DNA of 62,735 nt, counting the filler. It is 5 parts of 5 records of this genome, joined end to end, with 100 filler letters (N's around TTAATTAATTAA, not from the genome) between each part and the next. Parts side by side here need not be neighbours in the genome. Positions count along the whole stretch, not along the records: positions 39,994 to 51,080 come from SRR20825006_806; positions 51,181 to 62,735 come from SRR20825006_832; 3 more parts are not named here. The stretch is one strand, 5' to 3'. The first letter of the stretch is position 1. Every line of letters starts with the position of its first letter. The position numbers and the translations under genes are program-made. Of the stretch, positions 49,142 to 59,262 are shown piece by piece. A model generated the notes under the pieces. The model was given only the letters and a program-made list of their open reading frames with translations, did not search any database and was not told the origin of the DNA.

Positions 49142-50179
49142 ATGAAGCGATATGCGCATTATTACCTCCAGTCCCGCCCCGCCACCGATCGTGGCGGCCC
49201 TTGGGAGACCGTCGAGCAGGCCCGGGCCTATTCCGTTCTGAAATCCGGATTGGCGCGGGAAATCGCGCATGATCGCGGCGCGGAAATCCGGCTCGTCGGC
49301 GCTTACCACGACGACGCATCCGGCGACTGGCAATATGCCCAGCTGTTCTATATCGACCAGTCCAGCATCGATCTGCCGATGGTTGAGGAAGAGCCGGAAG
49401 CCGGGTTTGATGATGACGCGGTGGACGGTTTCGGAGCGGAGTCCGGGCCGGAAGAATATGACGAGGAGCGGACCGAAGCTCCGCGCCGGGACGAAAGTGT
49501 CTCGATGACTTACGAGCCGGAGCCGGCAGAAGCCGAAGAGACCTGGCCCGTAGACCGGGGCGGTGCCTCCGAGCGTCAAGCCTACGATGACCTCCCACCC
49601 ATCTTCCGGAAACCCGCGCCCCGGAAAAAACGCTCCGCCCTGAAAACCATCATCCTGCTGCTGCTGGTCCTGCTGCTCCTTGGCGGCGGCGCGATCTCGG
49701 TCATGCTGTACCTGCAGCATCCTGCGATGCTTTCTCTCGCCGACAAGGTCGGTCTTGGCAGCTACGCTCGCATGTTCCCGCATGCCTCAATGGCCCATGA
49801 CGAGCCGGAAATGGGGAGCCATACGGCGGATGAGCCTGTGGTGATGCCCCTGACCACGGGCAATGTCATCCGCTATAGCGGCATTGCGCCGACGCTGGTC
49901 GGCCGCTGGTCACCGGACAATTGCGCGGAGAATTACGTGATCTTCACCGGTTCCGGCTACACCGTGACCCGCGAAGGAAAGACCTCTGCGGAAACCGTCA
50001 ATATCACCGAGACCATGGAAGACGATTTCCAGTTCTACCTGCGACGCTCCCCCACGCTTGTTGAGCATCTGCAGAAGCTCGGGCCGAACGATATCCAGAT
50101 GGCGGGATCGACCGGCACAGGCGGCTTCATGGCAAGCGGCAACACAATCCAGATCCTGAATCGCTGCCCCCGGGAATAG
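49142..50179 (+). CDS. single-pass membrane hypothetical protein with acidic linker
   Basis: Acidic tract, RKKR followed by a Leu-rich TM, periplasmic domain with 2 Cys; 22 bp after the EAL gene. Confidence 0.7.
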   Translation: MKRYAHYYLQSRPATDRGGPWETVEQARAYSVLKSGLAREIAHDRGAEIRLVGAYHDDASGDWQYAQLFYIDQSSIDLPMVEEEPEAGFDDDAVDGFGAESGPEEYDEERTEAPRRDESVSMTYEPEPAEAEETWPVDRGGASERQAYDDLPPIFRKPAPRKKRSALKTIILLLLVLLLLGGGAISVMLYLQHPAMLSLADKVGLGSYARMFPHASMAHDEPEMGSHTADEPVVMPLTTGNVIRYSGIAPTLVGRWSPDNCAENYVIFTGSGYTVTREGKTSAETVNITETMEDDFQFYLRRSPTLVEHLQKLGPNDIQMAGSTGTGGFMASGNTIQILNRCPRE

Positions 50180-50191
50180 AGCAAGCCTCTG

Positions 50192-50908
50192 TCAGAACAG
50201 GGAGCCTTGCCGGGGAGCGGCCCTGGGCGCGTCCACACTTCCCGCCTCTCCCTCAACGACGGGCTCCATCAGCGCCGGATCGTCGTTCCGGACATTCCCG
50301 ACGCGCGTCGAGACTGACGTGAAAACGAGGTCTTCCTTGCCATAAGGGCGCAACAGCGCCGCCCGGTCCTCCGCATCGCCGTCCAGCCAGCGGGCAAATT
50401 CCTCCGGCTCCGACAGCATGACCGGCATCCGGTGGTGGATGTGCTCGATCCTGGGATCGGCATCCACGGTCAGCAGGGTGAAAGTCTCTACCGGCTCGGC
50501 GCCTTTTTCCCAGCGCTCCCAAAGCCCCGCGAACGCAAACGGGCGCTCTCCCTCAAGCGAGACCCTGTAAGGCTGTTTACCGCCAGCGACCTTGCGCCAC
50601 TCATAAAAGCCATCGGCTGGCACCAGACAGCGCCGCTTCGCATAGGCGTCCCGGAAAGACGGCTTCTCAGCGGCCGTTTCCGATCGCCCGTTGATCAGGG
50701 ATGCGGCGCGGCTTTCATCCGGCGCCCAGCTTGGCACAAGCCCCCAGCGGAGCCGGTCCATATGCCGTTTGCCGTCACGGTCCCGGACCACCGGCGCGGT
50801 CTGCATCGGCGCCATATTGTAACGCGACTCCAGATTGAGCATGTCCGTCACCGCGAAGAGCCGGAACAGATCTTCCGGGGGCGTTTTGATGCTGTAACGA
50901 CCGCACAT
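50192..50908 (-). CDS. SOS response-associated peptidase (SRAP, YedK/HMCES family)
   Basis: MCGRY start, WGLVPSW, GFYEW, IHHRMPV. Confidence 0.92.
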   Translation of the reverse strand: MCGRYSIKTPPEDLFRLFAVTDMLNLESRYNMAPMQTAPVVRDRDGKRHMDRLRWGLVPSWAPDESRAASLINGRSETAAEKPSFRDAYAKRRCLVPADGFYEWRKVAGGKQPYRVSLEGERPFAFAGLWERWEKGAEPVETFTLLTVDADPRIEHIHHRMPVMLSEPEEFARWLDGDAEDRAALLRPYGKEDLVFTSVSTRVGNVRNDDPALMEPVVEGEAGSVDAPRAAPRQGSLF

Positions 50909-50993
50909 GCCTGTTCAAACCCGTCCAATTCCAGTATTGCAGATCGAAACTACGACCGACACCGCCCCCTATCAACACTCTGCCGGACAGATC

Positions 50994-51080
50994 ATGGACA
51001 AACAGGCCCTGCTGAACGAAGTCATTCTGATTGCCCGGGACGCCTCGGCTCTGATCCTGAAATATTACGAGGGCGAGATC
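50994..51080 (+). CDS. probable CysQ / inositol monophosphatase-family N-terminal fragment
   Basis: MDKQALLNEVILIARDASALILKYYEGEI; only 29 aa visible. Confidence 0.5.
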
Positions 51081-51180
51081 NNNNNNNNNNNNNNNNNNNN
51101 NNNNNNNNNNNNNNNNNNNNNNNNTTAATTAATTAANNNNNNNNNNNNNNNNNNNNNNNNNNNNNNNNNNNNNNNNNNNN
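51081..51180. other. artificial contig linker
   Basis: N44-TTAATTAATTAA-N44. Confidence 0.98.
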
Positions 51181-51611
51181 TCGATGGAGACGCGCCCGTT
51201 CCGGTCGGCGCCGGTCCGGGTATAGGGGTCGCCGAGCTCCGCGAGAAATCCGAGCGCCGCGTCGGGAGCGTCCTTGTAATTGATCCCGTGGATCGGAACA
51301 GTCCCGGTCTGGGCCAGTTCGACTAGGAGGGGCATCTCCACGCGACAGGGCACGCACCAGGAAGCCCAGACGTTCACGATGGAGACCTGGCCGCGCAGGT
51401 CCTCCGACGAAAGACCGTTGTCGCGCCCTTCGATCGGCGGCAGGGCGAAATCTGGCACTGATCGCCCGATCAGCGTCGAGGGCAGCCGGTCGTCCTTGTT
51501 CCAGAGCCCCCAGTATAAGGCGGCGAAGAGCAGCGCAGCGATGGCGAGGGGGATTATCGCGAGCAACCTTCCGCCCACAGGGCGAGCGACATGACGGGCT
51601 CCGTCGCTCAT
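51181..51611 (-). CDS. DsbE/CcmG-family thiol:disulfide oxidoreductase, 3' end cut
   Basis: LPSTLIG, NVWASWCVPCRVE, GINYKD. Confidence 0.9.
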
Positions 51612-52093
51612 GACCCGCCCTCGTCATTCGCCGTCACTTCGGCCTGGAATCCGCGCTCGCGCTCGGGCCAGGTGCTCTTGATGAAGGCTAGGACTGCGAC
51701 GATTTCGTCATCGGAAAGGATGCCCTCGAAGGCGGGCATGTCGCTCTCGTAGCCAGGCACGATGGCGCTCACACCGAGCTTGGTTATGGTGAACAACTGG
51801 CGGTCGGCATGGTGCCAGGTATGGCCGTTCGCATCGTGCGGAGGCGCGGGCATACGACCATTCTCGTTCCGCCTGCGCCAGTCGGGCTGGCCTTCCAGGT
51901 TTGCCCCGTGGCAGGAGGCGCAATTGGCGGCGTAATCCTCCTGCCCAAGCACTAACTGCGCCGCGGTGACCGTCTTGCCGAGGAAAGTCAGGCTCTCGAC
52001 GTCCGTCGCTTGTTGAGCCGCCGCGTTCCAGCCTGCCGCACCGATCGCCGCCACAACAGCGACGGCCGCTGCGATGGGAGCCCGGCGCGTCAT
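51608..52093 (-). CDS. monoheme cytochrome c with PPHD..GHTWHH motif
   Basis: Signal peptide, CASCH, GYESDMP; same family as 41961-42479. Confidence 0.85.
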   Translation of the reverse strand: MTRRAPIAAAVAVVAAIGAAGWNAAAQQATDVESLTFLGKTVTAAQLVLGQEDYAANCASCHGANLEGQPDWRRRNENGRMPAPPHDANGHTWHHADRQLFTITKLGVSAIVPGYESDMPAFEGILSDDEIVAVLAFIKSTWPERERGFQAEVTANDEGGS

Positions 52094-52230
52094 TCGGGCC
52101 TCCGCAGATATCTGATCAGCGCTGCCGTCGCGAGGACCAGCACCACGATCAGCAGCAACAGGACGAGTCCGCCACCCAGCATCATGCCCATCATGGACCC
52201 GCTCATCATCTGGCTCATACAGTCGCCCAT
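52090..52230 (-). CDS. 46-aa Met-rich membrane microprotein (not in ORF track)
   Basis: GGAGG RBS; MGDCMSQMMSGSMMGMMLGGGLVLLLLIVVLVLATAALIRYLRRPE; stop codon overlaps the cytochrome start (ATGA). Confidence 0.75.
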   Translation of the reverse strand: MGDCMSQMMSGSMMGMMLGGGLVLLLLIVVLVLATAALIRYLRRPE

Positions 52231-52326
52231 CAGCCTGCCTCCCAGTTATCATCGCGCCATGCAGCCAACCCGGCGAGGTAGTGTAAGAATTCAGCGCCCG
52301 AGCCTGTCTCCGGGGTGAGTGTGATG

Positions 52327-52746
52327 TCATTCATCGGCATAGACCGTCACTCCTTTGGGTCCGAATGAGTAAGTGCGTAGCGTGCCGGTCTTCTCAGGCG
52401 CCATCCCCGGTGCGTTGGCGGGCATGCCGGGCAGCGTAATGCCAGTGATTTCGGGACGTTCCTCAAGCAGCCGCTCGATGAGCTCGGCGGGAACCAGACC
52501 GCTGACGACATAGCCGTCGATCTTGGCAAGGTGGCAGCCCACCCCCTGCTTGGGGACGCCCGCGGCGACAGAGCGGGCCACGAAGTCATGATCATCGATC
52601 ACGGTGACCTCGAAGCCTTCCGCCCGCAGGTATTCGGCATAAGCGTCGCAGCAGCCGCAGCTGGGACTGCGCCAAATGGTCACGGGCTCGGCTGCGAGCG
52701 CCGGGGTTCCTAAAGCCAGGAAAATGGCCAGGGCGAGACGTTTCAT
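52327..52746 (-). CDS. DUF411 / CopG-like periplasmic copper protein
   Basis: Signal peptide, SPSCGCC, GCH, PGMPANAPGM. Confidence 0.82.
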   Translation of the reverse strand: MKRLALAIFLALGTPALAAEPVTIWRSPSCGCCDAYAEYLRAEGFEVTVIDDHDFVARSVAAGVPKQGVGCHLAKIDGYVVSGLVPAELIERLLEERPEITGITLPGMPANAPGMAPEKTGTLRTYSFGPKGVTVYADE

Positions 52747-52757
52747 GTGATGTCCTT

Positions 52758-53696
52758 TCACGTGGTCGGGAGCGCAGCCCATGAGGCCCCGCTGTCATGA
52801 CTGAGGATCACCTCGTCTGCGGTGATGGCGGCGATCCGGGATGGCTCGGTCGGGTGAGCGGCGAGCGCGGGCGCGACGTGGCCCGATCTATGCGCCCAGT
52901 TCACCCCGCCATCGGAGGACGCCCAAAGTCCCGAGGGCAGCGCCGCAGCGAGCCGTTCTGGGGCAGCCATTGCCGAGGTCAGAGCCAATACGGGCTCGCC
53001 CTCGGGCAGCGGAGTCTCTGGCGCGGGCGGCGTTCCCGCGACCAGCGCGTCCATCGCGTTCCCCGCCACCACGTCCTGCCAACGGCAGAAGCAGTCGGGA
53101 ACGCGGGTCAAGCCGCGCTCGGTGCCGGCGTAGATCCAGATGCCGCCCATGCCTGAGGCGAGATTGACAGAGGCGATCGTCAGCACCTCGCGCTCAGCAT
53201 CGGCGATCCAGGGACGGTCCATCACGAAGGACCAGTTTTCCCCCGCGTCTTCGCTGCGCCATAGCCCGTCGCCCGCGACGGCGGCATAGACCGTGTCCGG
53301 AGCGCCCGCCGCGGTGGCAACCGCCGTCACCTGCGGCATCGGCAGGCCTCCCGATGCCGGGTGCCATGTCCGGCCGCCATCGTCTGACCGATCGAGACCG
53401 CCGCCCTCCAGCGCCGCGAAGAGCCGCCCGGTCCGCGCGGGGTGACAAGCAAGCGCCCGGATATGGGCGCGTGGCGTGGGAAATGTTGCCGAAGCGCCAC
53501 CTGACAAGTCATGCCGCCACACCTGCGCGCCCGCGACGACAAGCGCACCGCCGTCAAAAGCCAGTGCGGAGGCCACGGCGCCCCCGGCATGCGCCCACCG
53601 CGCCGGAGACAGCCCAGAGAGGACCACACCGCCCAGCATGGCCAATGCTTGGCGTCGCCCGAGCGGAGATCCGGTCCTTGAGTGCTCGTTCATCAT
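52758..53696 (-). CDS. Tat-exported BNR/Asp-box repeat beta-propeller protein
   Basis: GRRQAL Tat motif; SDDGGRTW, SEDAGENW, SSDGGVNW, SHDSGASW; internal DCFC. Confidence 0.78.
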   Translation of the reverse strand: MMNEHSRTGSPLGRRQALAMLGGVVLSGLSPARWAHAGGAVASALAFDGGALVVAGAQVWRHDLSGGASATFPTPRAHIRALACHPARTGRLFAALEGGGLDRSDDGGRTWHPASGGLPMPQVTAVATAAGAPDTVYAAVAGDGLWRSEDAGENWSFVMDRPWIADAEREVLTIASVNLASGMGGIWIYAGTERGLTRVPDCFCRWQDVVAGNAMDALVAGTPPAPETPLPEGEPVLALTSAMAAPERLAAALPSGLWASSDGGVNWAHRSGHVAPALAAHPTEPSRIAAITADEVILSHDSGASWAALPTT

Positions 53697-53706
53697 CGCT
53701 CTCCCC

Positions 53707-55143
53707 TCAGGCCACACGGATCACCCCCATCATCCCGCCCGCCTGATGCTCGAGGATGTGGCAGTGAAACATCCAGTCGCCAGGATTGTCGGCGACGAAC
53801 GCGATCTCGACCCGTTCGCGCGGGGCCATCAGCACGGTGTCCTGCCATTCGCGATGTGCGGTGGGCGTGCCGTCGCGGCTGAGCACTCGGAAGGAATGGC
53901 CGTGCAGGTGGATCGGGTGGTGGAACGCCGTGGCGTTGGTCATGGCGATAACGTGGGAGGCATCGCGCTCCAGCGTCAGCATCGGGTCGAGGATATGGCC
54001 TTCGGCCGCCACGCCGTTGACAAACCAGATGCCGCTATCGTGCATTCGGTTCATCATACCCCTCATGCCGCGTCCGTTAGAAAGGCCCATCTTGCGCTCG
54101 ACCATCCCGCCCATCATGCCTCCAGTGAAGGTCACCTCATGACGATGGGCGCGCCCGATGTTTGGTTCGGGGAGGTGGTTCGGGGCCAAATCCATGGACC
54201 AGTCGGGCTGCGCGTCGCGGAGCGGCGTCTCCGCTACCGTCAGATCGACGAGGGCATAGGCGTCCTTTGCGAAGAACCGGTCGATGACGGAGACCGTCGC
54301 ACCCGGCTCGGTGGTTACGTCGATCATCAGGTCTGCGCGCATGGCCGGACCGAGGACCAGCCGCCCGCCGGGCACCGAGTGCGGCGCGACCGGTTGGCCG
54401 TCGAGCGCGATCACTTGCGGCGCAAGATTACCAAAATCGAGCGCGAAAATGCGAGCATTGGCAGAATTGATCAGGCGGAGCCGGATCCGTTCCCCCGCTC
54501 GTACTGCCACCGCGTCGGGGACCCGACCGTTGATCGTCACCGTATTGCCTAGCCGTCCGCCGTGGCTCATATCGTGGAAGTCGCCGAAATCCGCAGCGAT
54601 TGATGCATCCTGCGTCAGGCGCCAGTCATCGAGCACCCAGACCAGTTCACGGTCCACGCGCGGCGGGGTCGCTTCCTCGACAATCAGCGGGCCGTAGAGG
54701 CCTCGACCGACCTGCTCGAAGCTTCGCTGGTGCGGGTGATACCAGAACGTGCCGGCATCGACCGCGTCGAACTCGTAGACGAAGCTCTCGCCCGGCACGA
54801 TCGGGGGTTGCGTCAGGTGCGGCACGCCGTCCATGGCGTTCGGCACCCGCAGTCCGTGCCAGTGAACCGTCGTGTCTTCGGCAAGTGCGTTGTCGACCAC
54901 GATGCGGAGCCGCGCGCCTTGGCGCACCCGGATCTCGGGGCCGGGCACGGTGCCGCCATAGCACCAGATGTCGCTCTCGCCCCAGGGGTAGGGCGCCAAA
55001 CGCGCCCGACCCGGTGCCGCGCGCAGGGTGAAGATACCGGGCGTGTCAGCCCATGCGGGGCGCAGAGCAAATGCTGTGCCGGACGCGGCGCTGCCAGCCA
55101 GAAAGCCGCGGCGCGATAGCGTCGGTGATAATGCAGATCTCAT
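53707..55143 (-). CDS. Tat-exported multicopper oxidase (CueO/CutO-like)
   Basis: SRRGFL; HWHG, WYHPH, HPIHLHGH, HCHILEH..M; Met-rich loop. Confidence 0.93.
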   Translation of the reverse strand: MRSALSPTLSRRGFLAGSAASGTAFALRPAWADTPGIFTLRAAPGRARLAPYPWGESDIWCYGGTVPGPEIRVRQGARLRIVVDNALAEDTTVHWHGLRVPNAMDGVPHLTQPPIVPGESFVYEFDAVDAGTFWYHPHQRSFEQVGRGLYGPLIVEEATPPRVDRELVWVLDDWRLTQDASIAADFGDFHDMSHGGRLGNTVTINGRVPDAVAVRAGERIRLRLINSANARIFALDFGNLAPQVIALDGQPVAPHSVPGGRLVLGPAMRADLMIDVTTEPGATVSVIDRFFAKDAYALVDLTVAETPLRDAQPDWSMDLAPNHLPEPNIGRAHRHEVTFTGGMMGGMVERKMGLSNGRGMRGMMNRMHDSGIWFVNGVAAEGHILDPMLTLERDASHVIAMTNATAFHHPIHLHGHSFRVLSRDGTPTAHREWQDTVLMAPRERVEIAFVADNPGDWMFHCHILEHQAGGMMGVIRVA

Positions 55144-55278
55144 GTATCTCTCTCATCTGATGCATGCCGTTGGTCTCGCGCACATGGCGCAAGGGCTGCG
55201 CGTCTCCTGGCGTCCGTCAGGGACTCAGAGAAGACGCGACGGTCGCACACCCGCCCTCGCGGGAGGTGTGTCGTCGGA

Positions 55279-55623
55279 TCAGATGAAGGGTCGAGGAGGA
55301 AATGGGTCCGGCGGCGCGCGCAGCCCGCGAGGAGTCGTCATGCCGAGAAGGCGGTCCTGACGCAGCAATGGTGCTGCGGGCTGCGCGATGTCCACGCCTT
55401 TCAAGACGGCCGTGACAGGCGCCGTACAAACAAGGTCGCATAGCGTGTTCGCATCGCTGTCGCCGTCCTCGGGGCAACCCTGACAGTCGGGCATCGACAT
55501 CTCGCCGCCCTCAGACATCGCGATGTCCAACGCCATCGCGTTCGCACTCACCGCGTGCGTGACCGTGCCTAGGGCAAGAAGCGCCACTAAGGCTGAAAGA
55601 AAGATGGCTCGGACCTGCGACAT
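55279..55623 (-). CDS. CutF/DUF2946-like small exported Cys-motif protein with Pro-rich RAPP C-terminus
   Basis: Signal peptide, CQGC and CDLVC, ends LRAPPDPFPPRPFI; directly upstream of the multicopper oxidase. Confidence 0.7.
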   Translation of the reverse strand: MSQVRAIFLSALVALLALGTVTHAVSANAMALDIAMSEGGEMSMPDCQGCPEDGDSDANTLCDLVCTAPVTAVLKGVDIAQPAAPLLRQDRLLGMTTPRGLRAPPDPFPPRPFI

Positions 55624-55718
55624 GTTTAGAAGATGGCTTCGCAGAAGGCATTTATCCAGCCACTTTTTTGTGATGGGCCCCCGTGTCATCCTCGGCCGGC
55701 GGCAAACGCGCGCCCGGA

Positions 55719-58232
55719 TCAGCATGACGCGGTCTCTTGTGGGACCGCCATCTCGCGCGGTCCAGTCGAGGCCGCCCGCTCGTCCATGACAGGGCGCAAG
55801 CGGCGCAGGCGCAGCGCGTTCGACAGAACGAAGACCGAGCTTAGGGCCATCGCCCCGGCCGCCAGAACCGGCGACAATAGCTGCCCGAAAGCCGGGTAAA
55901 GCACGCCCGCCGCCACTGGGATCAACGCTGTGTTGTAGCCGAAGGCCCAGAAAAGGTTCTGCCGGATGTTGCGCATCGTATGGCGGGAGACCTGAAATGC
56001 GTTCACGATGCCTCGCAGATCACCCGACATCAGCACGACATCGGCGGATTCGATGGCGATGTCGGTCCCGGTCCCGATCGCGATACCGACATCCGCATGG
56101 GCCAGCGCGGGCGCATCGTTGATCCCGTCGCCAACGAAGGTCACGCGCGCGCCGCCCTCGCGTAGACTGTCGAGCGCCGCAATCTTGCCATCCGGCAGCA
56201 CGCCCGCGATTACCGTGTCTATCCCGACCTCCCGAGCGATGGCCTCCGCCGTTTCGCGCTTGTCGCCGGTGACCATCGTCACGCGCAATCCCGCCGCATG
56301 CAGTGCGCGGATCGCCCTGGCACTCGACGGTTTGACCGGGTCCGCCACGGCGATCACCGCTGCTACTCGCCCGTCGATTGCAGCGTAAAGCGAGGTGCGG
56401 CCCTTTGCAGCGAGATCGGCCTCTGCCCTAGCAAGGTTACCGGGATCCAGCTCCTCGCGCGCCATCAAGCGGTCCGCCCCAACCAGCACGTCACGTCCCG
56501 ATACGCGGGCACGCACACCATAGCCGGTGATCGATTCGAACTCCTCCACCTTGGCGCGCGCGGCCCCCTCAACCTGCGCTGCGCGGGTGATTGCCTTGGC
56601 AACGGGATGTTCGGACTGGCTCTCAACCGCAGCGATCAACGACAAGACTTCATCGTGCTCAAACCCGTCTGCCAGCACCAAATCGGTCATTTCAGGACGC
56701 CCTTCGGTCACTGTGCCTGTCTTGTCTAGCGCCACCACATCGACGGACGCCAGCGCCTGCAGCGCGTCGCCCTTGCGAAACAGCACTCCCATTTCCGCCG
56801 CGCGCCCGGTACCCACCATGATCGAGGTTGGCGTGGCTAGTCCCATAGCGCAGGGGCAGGCAATGATCAGCACCGATACCCCGGCCACCAGCGCCAGCGT
56901 CACGTCGTGGTCCGGCCCGACCGTCAGCCATATCGCTACGGTGATCGCGGCCACGGCCATGACGGCCGGCACGAACCACGACGTGATCCGGTCGACCAAC
57001 CCCTGAATCGGCAACTTGCCGCCCTGCGCCTCTTCGACCATTCGGATGATCTGCGCTAGGGTCGTATCCGTGCCCACCCTCATCGTGCGAATGTGCAGGC
57101 TACCCGATCCATTGACCGTGCCGCCCGTTACCGCGTCGCCCTCGGCCTTGGCCACCGGTACGGGTTCACCGGTGATCATGCTCTCATCGACATATGCCTC
57201 GCCGCTCAAAACCTCACCGTCCAGCGCGATGCGCTCGCCTGGGCGCACTAGCAGGATGTCGCCAACGCTAATACCGTCAATCTCGACCTCCTCCGCCTCT
57301 CCATCGCGGATCACGCGGGCCGTGCGGACCTGAAGCCCCAACAGCCGCTCGATAGCTGCCCCGGTCCGACCCTTGGCGCGCGCCTCAAGCCACCTGCCTA
57401 GAAGGATCAGCACGACGATCACCGCCGCCGCTTCGAAATAAACCGCGCGCACAGCCTCGGGCAGAAGGCCAGGCAGGAATGTAGCGACCACCGAATAAGC
57501 CCAAGCAGCACCAGTGCCGACCGCGACAAGGCTGTTCATATCCGGCGCCCCTCGCAGCAGCGCGGGAATGCCCTTGGCAAAGAAAACCCACCCCGGTCCC
57601 CCGAGGATGATCGTTGTCAGCGCGAACTGGAAATACCAGCTTACCTGCTGCCCGATCGCGCCAGTTATCAGCTCATGCACCCCAGGAATCAAATGACTGC
57701 CCATTTCGATCACGAAGACCGGCAGCGCCAGCAGGGCGGCGATCATGGTCTTGCGGGAGATCAGCCGAGCATCTTCCTCCTTGCGTGCCGCTGCCGAGAT
57801 GCCCTCGCTCGTCTTTGCCAGCTCCGCCGGAAAACCAGCCGCGCGCGTCGCGGTCAAAAGATCTTGTGGGTTCACGACTCCCTCGGCAACCGTCACCACT
57901 GCGCTCTCTGCGGCGAGGTTTACGTTGACGTCCAGAACGCCGGACAATGCGCCGAGAGCGCGATCCACCCGGCCAACGCAAGAGGCACAGGACATCGATG
58001 TAAGGGTCAGTTTCACGGTCCGGGTCCGCAGCGGATAGCCAATGCCTCCAAGTGCTGTAGCGACCTGATTTAAATCGACACCCTCCGTGATATCCAATTG
58101 CGCGGCCCCATTGGCTAGGTTGACCGAGGCATTCGTCACCCCATTCACATCCGCCAAAGTTCTTTCGACCCGCCCCACGCAAGACGCGCATGTCATGCCC
58201 TCAATAGCAATCTTGATATGCTGCGCATCCAT
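55719..58232 (-). CDS. copA: copper-exporting P1B-1 ATPase with two HMA domains
   Basis: GMTCASC and [33 protein letters not shown]. Confidence 0.93.
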   Translation of the reverse strand: MDAQHIKIAIEGMTCASCVGRVERTLADVNGVTNASVNLANGAAQLDITEGVDLNQVATALGGIGYPLRTRTVKLTLTSMSCASCVGRVDRALGALSGVLDVNVNLAAESAVVTVAEGVVNPQDLLTATRAAGFPAELAKTSEGISAAARKEEDARLISRKTMIAALLALPVFVIEMGSHLIPGVHELITGAIGQQVSWYFQFALTTIILGGPGWVFFAKGIPALLRGAPDMNSLVAVGTGAAWAYSVVATFLPGLLPEAVRAVYFEAAAVIVVLILLGRWLEARAKGRTGAAIERLLGLQVRTARVIRDGEAEEVEIDGISVGDILLVRPGERIALDGEVLSGEAYVDESMITGEPVPVAKAEGDAVTGGTVNGSGSLHIRTMRVGTDTTLAQIIRMVEEAQGGKLPIQGLVDRITSWFVPAVMAVAAITVAIWLTVGPDHDVTLALVAGVSVLIIACPCAMGLATPTSIMVGTGRAAEMGVLFRKGDALQALASVDVVALDKTGTVTEGRPEMTDLVLADGFEHDEVLSLIAAVESQSEHPVAKAITRAAQVEGAARAKVEEFESITGYGVRARVSGRDVLVGADRLMAREELDPGNLARAEADLAAKGRTSLYAAIDGRVAAVIAVADPVKPSSARAIRALHAAGLRVTMVTGDKRETAEAIAREVGIDTVIAGVLPDGKIAALDSLREGGARVTFVGDGINDAPALAHADVGIAIGTGTDIAIESADVVLMSGDLRGIVNAFQVSRHTMRNIRQNLFWAFGYNTALIPVAAGVLYPAFGQLLSPVLAAGAMALSSVFVLSNALRLRRLRPVMDERAASTGPREMAVPQETASC

Positions 58233-58265
58233 TGATACCGGCCTTCCATCTCGTGTTGTTTTTCA

Positions 58266-58296
58266 CACATAGGGGTTCCTGTAGGGGGAAGGTCAA
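58266..58296 (-). promoter_or_regulatory. CueR-type promoter of copA
   Basis: TTGACC-19 bp (TTCCCCCTACAGGAACCCC)-TATGTG. Confidence 0.75.
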
Positions 58297-58340
58297 GGTA
58301 GCAAAGCCCGGGAGGCTTCTGTTGCCCAATTCTCTTATGA

Positions 58341-59104
58341 CTAGGCCGTGGACTCATTAACGCGTAGCCAATCCCGGATGGCAGCGAGCTTGACGAAGGC
58401 AAGGAAGTTGGCTGCGTGTTTCTCATATCGCGTAGCGATGCGCCGACAGTGCTTCATCCTGTTGAAGAACCGCTCAACGTGATTTCGATGACGCAAGAGA
58501 TACGGACTGAAGCAGATCGGATCGCGCCGGTTCCGACGGGGCGGGATGTTCGCCCAGCATCCACGTGAACTCACGAACGTTCTTATCTCGGTCGCGTCCT
58601 AAGCCTCGTCGGCGAGAACCATTCCGCCGCTCGGTAGGCCTTCAAGTAGAGCACATGCCATCAGACTGTGATGCTGCTGACCGCCAGTAATCATAACTTG
58701 GAGCGGCAGTCCGTTCGCATCGACAACGGCGTGGATTTTGGTCGTCAGCCCTCCACGCGAACGTCCAAAGCCTTCGCTGGCACTATTCGGGATGCAACTT
58801 GCGTGCTGATGAGCGCGGCCTATCGTGCTTCAATCATCTGCACCTCGGCATCGTCCCGATGCGATATGGCAGTCAGGATACGGTCCCAAACGCCTGCGTA
58901 ACGCCAAAGCACGAAGCGATTGTAGCAGGTGGTGTAGGAGCCAGCTCTCGGGTAGATACGCCATGGCGCTCCCGACCTCAAGATCCAGAAAATGCCGTTC
59001 AGGACACGCCTGTCATCCACACGCGGGACGCTTCGCGGCATGCAAGGAAGGATTGGCGCTATCAACCGCTATTCGGCGTCGGAGAGGGCATGTCCCTTGT
59101 TCAA
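58341..59104 (-). pseudogene. IS5-family (IS427-like) transposase pseudogene
   Basis: VDDRRVLNGIFWILRSGAPW and RNHVERFFNRMKHCRRIATRYEK fragments, broken by in-frame TAG codons and frameshifts. Confidence 0.88.
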
Positions 59105-59262
59105 GACTCCCCTTCGGAGCTTGAATCACGCCGGCATGCCAAACTTCAATGTCTGCTTTGCCCCCAGGCACTGCGGCTTGGTCCGTTAGATCGACCGGTC
59201 GCTTCGCGCCCGAAATGCATGATTTCTGCAATGCAGCCACGGTCAGCTCATGGAAAGGTTGC

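Noticed and set aside
41961-58232. One large copper island spanning both copA genes
   Set aside because: The two clusters are on different contigs separated by a linker.
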